Part shown: in pieces, positions 44,742 to 48,687 of the stretch
Layout of the letters: each line of letters opens with the position of its first letter
How positions within the stretch are numbered: the stretch's first letter is position 1
NCBI GenBank assembly: GCA_036521675.1
Contig: DATDHG010000047.1
Location: 1 to 48,687 of the forward strand
From: Candidatus Dormiibacterota bacterium
Lineage (GTDB): Bacteria; Chloroflexota; Dormibacteria; Aeolococcales; Aeolococcaceae
Length of the DNA: 48,687 bases
Direction: 5' to 3'
Made by a program: the position numbers and the translations under genes
The notes under the pieces: model-generated
What the model was told of the DNA's origin: nothing
Seen by the model: only the letters and a program-made list of their open reading frames with translations
The model's database searches: none

Positions 44742-44856
44742 GAGGCGATCCTACCGTCGAGAGATGAAGTCGGCGTGATGTCGCAGGCACGGGGCGCGGC
44801 GCCCGGCGGCCCGGCACCGCCGCGCCGGGCGTGTGGCCACGTGGCTTTCGTCGCCG

Positions 44857-45669
44857 TCAGGGCAGAGCGACCACACGCAGGTAGCAGTACACCACGGGCC
44901 CCAGCAGCACCAGGCTGTCGAGGCGGTCCAGCAGACCCCCGTGCCCGGGGATGAGACGGCTGCTGTCCTTCTCCCCCGCCGCCCGCTTGATCGCCGACTC
45001 GACCAGGTCCCCGCCCTGGGCGGTGACGCCCACCGCCAAACCCAACAGTGCGGACTGCCAGAGGGGCAGCCCCAGCAACCAGGTCTCCCCCACGGTCACC
45101 ACCACCACGCTGGCGATCAGTCCGCCGATGGCGCCCTCGACAGTCTTGCGGGGCGAGATCCGAGGGAAGAAGGGGTGCCGCCCGAGCAGGCGGCCCGCGA
45201 AGAGCGCGCAGATGTCGCCGGCCATGGCCCCCGCCAGGACCACCGCCACGATGCGCAGACCGAAGCGCTGCTGGTCGGCGCCATGCCAGCGCAGCAGGGC
45301 GATGTAGTAGCCGAAGGAGAGGCCGAGGTACAGCGCCCCGCCCACCGCGGTCGCCCAGCGCAGCACAGCTCGATCCCGCAGGGGCAGGACGCTGAGCAGG
45401 CCGAGGGCCACCGCCGCACCCAGCCCGAGCTCCAGGGCGGGAACGTCGGCGGGAAGGAGGTAGCGATACAGCAGCCACCCTCCCAGCGGGTAGAGCACCC
45501 AGGGCGGCGGAGCCGCCTGCATCCGCCCCAGGAGCTGGGAGAGCTCCCAGAGCCCGCCCATCACCGCCAGGCCGAGCACGGTGTAGAGAACGACCCCCCC
45601 AAGGACCAGGGCGGCGGCGAGGGCCCCGGCAAGCACCAGGGCCGACCCCACCCGTACGCCCAGGTTCAC
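44857..45669 (-). CDS. cdsA: phosphatidate cytidylyltransferase
   Basis: This is part of ORF 44857..45717. The protein is polytopic. The signature is SAIKRAAGEKDSSRLIPGHGGLLDRLDS. I set the start at GTG 45669, which overlaps the uppS stop (GTGA). The longer start at 45717 remains possible. Confidence 0.88.
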   Translation of the reverse strand: MNLGVRVGSALVLAGALAAALVLGGVVLYTVLGLAVMGGLWELSQLLGRMQAAPPPWVLYPLGGWLLYRYLLPADVPALELGLGAAVALGLLSVLPLRDRAVLRWATAVGGALYLGLSFGYYIALLRWHGADQQRFGLRIVAVVLAGAMAGDICALFAGRLLGRHPFFPRISPRKTVEGAIGGLIASVVVVTVGETWLLGLPLWQSALLGLAVGVTAQGGDLVESAIKRAAGEKDSSRLIPGHGGLLDRLDSLVLLGPVVYCYLRVVALP

Positions 45670-46484
45670 CCCGTGTGGGCGACCCGATGGCTGGGCCTCA
45701 CCGGTTGCGCCGGCCATGCCTGGTGATGGGCGGCGGGCTCGACGTCGTCATGGTGGACCGCGCCGAACTTGCGCTCGCGCTCGCAGAACGCCGCGATGGC
45801 GGCGCGCAGCTCATTCTCGTCGAAGTCCGGCCAGAGCGCCTCGGTGACGAACAGCTCGGCGTACGCCGCCTGCCAGAGCAGGAAGTTGCTGGTGCGCAGC
45901 TCCCCGGCGGTGCGGATGATGAGGTCGGGGTCGGGCAGGCCTCCGGTGTAGAGGTGACGCGCGAGCGTGGCCTCGTCGAGCTCACGCAGGTCGTGGCCGC
46001 GGGTGGCCAGGTCGCGCACCGTGTCGACGATCTCGCTGCGCCCCCCGTAGTTGATCGCCACGTTGAGCACGCCGGTGCGGTTGTGGCGGGTGAGCTCCTC
46101 TGCGCGCTGGATCTTCGCCTGGAGCCGGCCGCTGAGCTGGGCGCGTCGACCGATCACCCGCACCTGCACGCCGTTGGCGTGAAGCTCATCGATCTCAGCG
46201 TCGATGGTGTCCTCGAAGAGCCGCATCAGCGCGCTGACCTCGGCGCGAGGACGTCCCCAGTTCTCGGTGCTGAAGGCGTACAGGGTCAGGATGTGCACCC
46301 CGAGCCGATCACACGCCTCCATCACGGGGCGTATGGCACGCACCCCGGCGCGGTGCCCGGCAAAGCGCGGCTGGTGGCGGCGGCGCGCCCAACGGCCGTT
46401 GCCGTCCATGATGATCCCGATGTGCCGGGGCAGCTCCGGATGGGCCGGCAGAGGGACGGCGGCGGGCTCGGGGGGGCGGTCCAT
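45666..46484 (-). CDS. uppS: isoprenyl transferase (undecaprenyl-diphosphate synthase family)
   Basis: This is part of ORF 45666..46556, with the start at ATG 46484 (MDRPPEP). Motifs are IIMDGNGRWA, YAFSTENWGRP and RTSNFLLWQAAYAE. Confidence 0.92.
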   Translation of the reverse strand: MDRPPEPAAVPLPAHPELPRHIGIIMDGNGRWARRRHQPRFAGHRAGVRAIRPVMEACDRLGVHILTLYAFSTENWGRPRAEVSALMRLFEDTIDAEIDELHANGVQVRVIGRRAQLSGRLQAKIQRAEELTRHNRTGVLNVAINYGGRSEIVDTVRDLATRGHDLRELDEATLARHLYTGGLPDPDLIIRTAGELRTSNFLLWQAAYAELFVTEALWPDFDENELRAAIAAFCERERKFGAVHHDDVEPAAHHQAWPAQPVRPSHRVAHTG

Positions 46485-46589
46485 GTGCTCCGGTGAACGG
46501 GGGCTGCAGTGGAGTTGTTTCGCCTGCGGGCAGTCTGACGCCTCGGCGCCACGCATGGGGCAGCGTGCCCCGGGGCCCGCGTCGCCAGG

Positions 46590-47147
46590 TCAGACTTCGA
46601 GAATGTCCTGCTCCTTGCGGTGGGCGATCTCGTCGACGCGAGCGACGAAGCGGTCGGTCACCTTCTGGAGCTGGGCCAGGCCGCGGTCGACGTCGTCGAC
46701 GCCGACATGGCCTTCCTTTTCGATCTTGCGAATGTGCTCCATGTCATCACGCCGGATGTTGCGGATGCTCACCCGGGCCTCCTCGGCATGGCGGCGGACG
46801 AGCTTGACGAACTCCTTGCGGCGCTCCTCGGTGAGCGGCGGGATGGGGATGCGGATGATCTGCCCGTCGTTGCTCGGGTTGAGCCCCAGCTCGCCGCTGC
46901 GCAGCGACTTCTCGATGGCCTGGATGCTGGTGCGGTCGTAGGGCTGGACGACCAGCTGCCGCGGCTCGGGTGCGCTGATGGTGGCCAGCGACTGCAGGGG
47001 GGTGGGGCTGCCGTAGTAGTCAACGTGCACGCGCTCGACCAGCGCCGGCGTGGCCCGGCCGGCGCGGATGCCGGCAAGCTCCTTGTGGAGTGCGTCGATG
47101 CTCTTCTCCATGCGCTGCTCGGCGTCCTTGAGCAGATCGTCGATCAC
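46590..47147 (-). CDS. frr: ribosome recycling factor
   Basis: ORF 46590..47147 (GTG start, preceded by GAGGAGGA). Motifs are ELAGIRAGRATPALVERVHVDYYG and IPIPPLTEERRKE. Confidence 0.95.
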   Translation of the reverse strand: MIDDLLKDAEQRMEKSIDALHKELAGIRAGRATPALVERVHVDYYGSPTPLQSLATISAPEPRQLVVQPYDRTSIQAIEKSLRSGELGLNPSNDGQIIRIPIPPLTEERRKEFVKLVRRHAEEARVSIRNIRRDDMEHIRKIEKEGHVGVDDVDRGLAQLQKVTDRFVARVDEIAHRKEQDILEV

Positions 47148-47174
47148 CCTCGTCGTCCTCCTCGCAGCCGCATC

Positions 47175-47948
47175 TCAGCGGCCCGCGCCGTCGTCCACCA
47201 GGGTGCCTATGGCCTCGCCCAGGATGACGCGCTCGATGTTGCCGGGCGTGAGCAGGTCGAAGACCACAATGGGAAGACGGTTGTCCATGGCGAGGGTGAG
47301 CGCGGTGTTGTCCATGACCTCCAGCCCCCGGTTGAGCACCTCCAGGTAGGTCACGTGGTGCAGCTGCTCTGCGCCCTCCTGCTTGTGAGGATCGGCAGTG
47401 TAGATGCCGTCCACCTTGGTGGCCTTCAGCAGCACCTCGGCGCCCAGCTCCGCCGCGCGCAGGGCGGCGGTGGTGTCGGTGGTGAAGAACGGGTTGCCGG
47501 TGCCGGCGCCGAGGATGACGACCCGCCCCTTCTCCAGGTGCCGCCGAGCCCTGCCGGGGATGAAGGGCTCAGCCACCTTGTTCATGTCGATGGCGGACTG
47601 GACGCGGCAGACCAGCCCGCGGCGCTCCAGCGCGTCACGTAGCGCCAGCGCGTTGATCATCGTGGCCAGCATGCCCATGTAGTCGCCGATGACCCTATCG
47701 ACCCCCTGCGCGCTGACCTCGAGGCCGCGCACGATGTTGCCACCGCCCACGACGACGGCCAGCTCGACGTGGTGGACGGCGACCACCCGCTCGATCTCCG
47801 CGGCGATGCGGCCCAGCGTCTCGGCATCGATGCCATACGGGCTGGGGCCCATGAGGGCCTCGCCACTCAGCTTGAGGACGACGCGGCGATACCTGGCCTC
47901 GCGCTGCGTCGCCGGCACCGAGGCGCCGGGCAGCTCGGCGATGCCCAT
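47175..47948 (-). CDS. pyrH: UMP kinase
   Basis: This is the C-terminal 258 codons of ORF 47175..48512, with the start at ATG 47948. Motifs are [20 protein letters not shown] and [19 protein letters not shown]. Confidence 0.92.
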   Translation of the reverse strand: MGIAELPGASVPATQREARYRRVVLKLSGEALMGPSPYGIDAETLGRIAAEIERVVAVHHVELAVVVGGGNIVRGLEVSAQGVDRVIGDYMGMLATMINALALRDALERRGLVCRVQSAIDMNKVAEPFIPGRARRHLEKGRVVILGAGTGNPFFTTDTTAALRAAELGAEVLLKATKVDGIYTADPHKQEGAEQLHHVTYLEVLNRGLEVMDNTALTLAMDNRLPIVVFDLLTPGNIERVILGEAIGTLVDDGAGR

Positions 47949-47961
47949 GCTCCGCCGCAGC

Positions 47962-48603
47962 CTACTCGGCGGCGCCATCGAGGCCGGCGGCGCCGTTCGC
48001 GGTCGCCTCGCCCACCACGAAGCGCGCGAAGCGGGCGACTGCGATGTTCTCGCCAAGCTTGGCGATGCCCTCCTTGATGAGCTCGTCGACACGCTTGTCC
48101 TTGTCGCGGATCCAGGGCTGCTCGACGAGCACGGTCTCGGCGTACCACGCCTGCAGCTTGCCGGCCACGATCTAGTCGACGATGTTGGCCGGCCTGGCCT
48201 TGGCCTGTTCGCGGTAGATGGCCGTCTCGCGCTCGACCAGATCGGCGGGCACGTCCTCACGGCGCACCCAGCGAGGACTGGCGCCCGCCACCTGCAGCGC
48301 GACCTCACGGGCGAGCGCGTGGAAATCGTCCGTCTTGGCGACGAAATCGGATTCGCAGTTGAGCTCGACCAGTACCCCCAGCTTGGCGCCGCTGCCGCTG
48401 TTGTGCAGGTAGGACACGACGATGCCCTCGTGCGCCGAGCGCGACGCCTTGGCCGCGGCCTTGGCCATCCCTCGGGCGCGGAGCAGGTCGACGGCCTTCT
48501 CGAGGTCGCCATCGGCTTCGACGAGCGCCCGCTTGCATTCCATCATGCCGGCCCCGGTGCGGTCCCGAAGCTGCTTGACCAGCGCTGCGGAGATCTCCAC
48601 CAT
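47962..48603 (-). pseudogene. tsf: elongation factor Ts (short form) interrupted by one in-frame TAG at 48172-48174
   Basis: Track ORFs 48172..48603 (143 aa: [27 protein letters not shown]...[14 protein letters not shown]...ARPANIVD) and 47962..48168 ([21 protein letters not shown]...[16 protein letters not shown]) are in the same frame. They are separated only by TAG-ATC. Joined, they give a complete EF-Ts of about 212 aa. Confidence 0.85.
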
Positions 48604-48613
48604 CCTCTCTCTC

Positions 48614-48687
48614 CTAGGCCTCGGTGGTGGCGGCCGACGCGAACTCCTCGGCAGCCACCGGGGCGATCCCGTCCGGGTTCTCCTCGT
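48614..48687 (-). CDS. rpsB: 3' end of an upstream gene, probably 30S ribosomal protein S2
   Basis: The open minus-strand frame ...[23 protein letters not shown] ends at TAG 48616-48614, 10 nt before the tsf ATG (GGAGAGAGAGG lies between them). The identity is inferred only from the conserved rpsB-tsf-pyrH-frr order and the acidic tail. Confidence 0.45.
   Translation of the reverse strand, partial: EENPDGIAPVAAEEFASAATTEA

Noticed and set aside
48172-48174. Genome-wide reassignment of TAG (for example to pyrrolysine or another sense codon) as the explanation for the in-frame TAG in tsf.
   Set aside because: TAG is used as the terminator of at least nine other well-delimited genes in this window: metG, nadE, nadK, the A24 peptidase, mltG, rel, ispG, dxr and tsf itself. 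Their products end where homologs end. Only a site-specific event or an error remains plausible.

Overview
This is a very GC-rich bacterial chromosomal window (about 70% G+C or more by eye, not computed). I can support 48 protein-coding genes, and all of them lie on the minus strand. They are packed tightly: about 20 junctions are 4-nt start/stop overlaps (ATGA, GTGA or TTGA). The long plus-strand ORFs in the track are Arg/Pro/Gly/Ala-rich antisense shadows, and I do not call them.

The content is core housekeeping in a Terrabacteria-like synteny. Reading the minus strand from high to low coordinates:
- rpsB(3' end)-tsf-pyrH-frr-uppS-cdsA-dxr-rseP-ispG-proS-rel-hisS-aspS
- a small stress-type membrane protein
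- a three-gene sigma-factor module
- alaS, then an FtsA-like actin ATPase and an unknown 570-aa bitopic protein, then ruvX-mltG-aroE
- an A24 peptidase, a PH-domain protein, aroK/aroB (fused), aroQ-efp-asp23-nusB-xseA-xseB-tlyA-nadK
- a 178-bp inverted-repeat element
- recN-scpA-scpB-rluB-cmk-plsC-dinG, a CN-hydrolase, nadE-rsmI-metG-tatD-rsmA, and an MFS transporter (truncated by the window edge)

I saw no rRNA, tRNA, CRISPR array, transposase or phage genes.

Many track ORFs are over-extended at the 5' end because stop codons are rare in this composition. I re-set those starts at the first in-frame start codon next to the upstream gene's stop.

The observations most worth a second look are:
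1. XseB carries an SSB-like disordered tail ending in DLDDIPF.
2. An FtsA-like gene and an uncharacterised membrane-protein gene are wedged, translationally coupled, into the conserved alaS-ruvX-mltG operon.
3. An in-frame TAG sits at a conserved Lys codon of the essential tsf gene.
4. A MITE-like element with 16-bp terminal inverted repeats and TA duplications sits exactly at the nadK stop / recN start junction.
5. A SigB/F-type sigma factor is paired with a kinase-dead RsbW-like anti-sigma factor, with no STAS partner.
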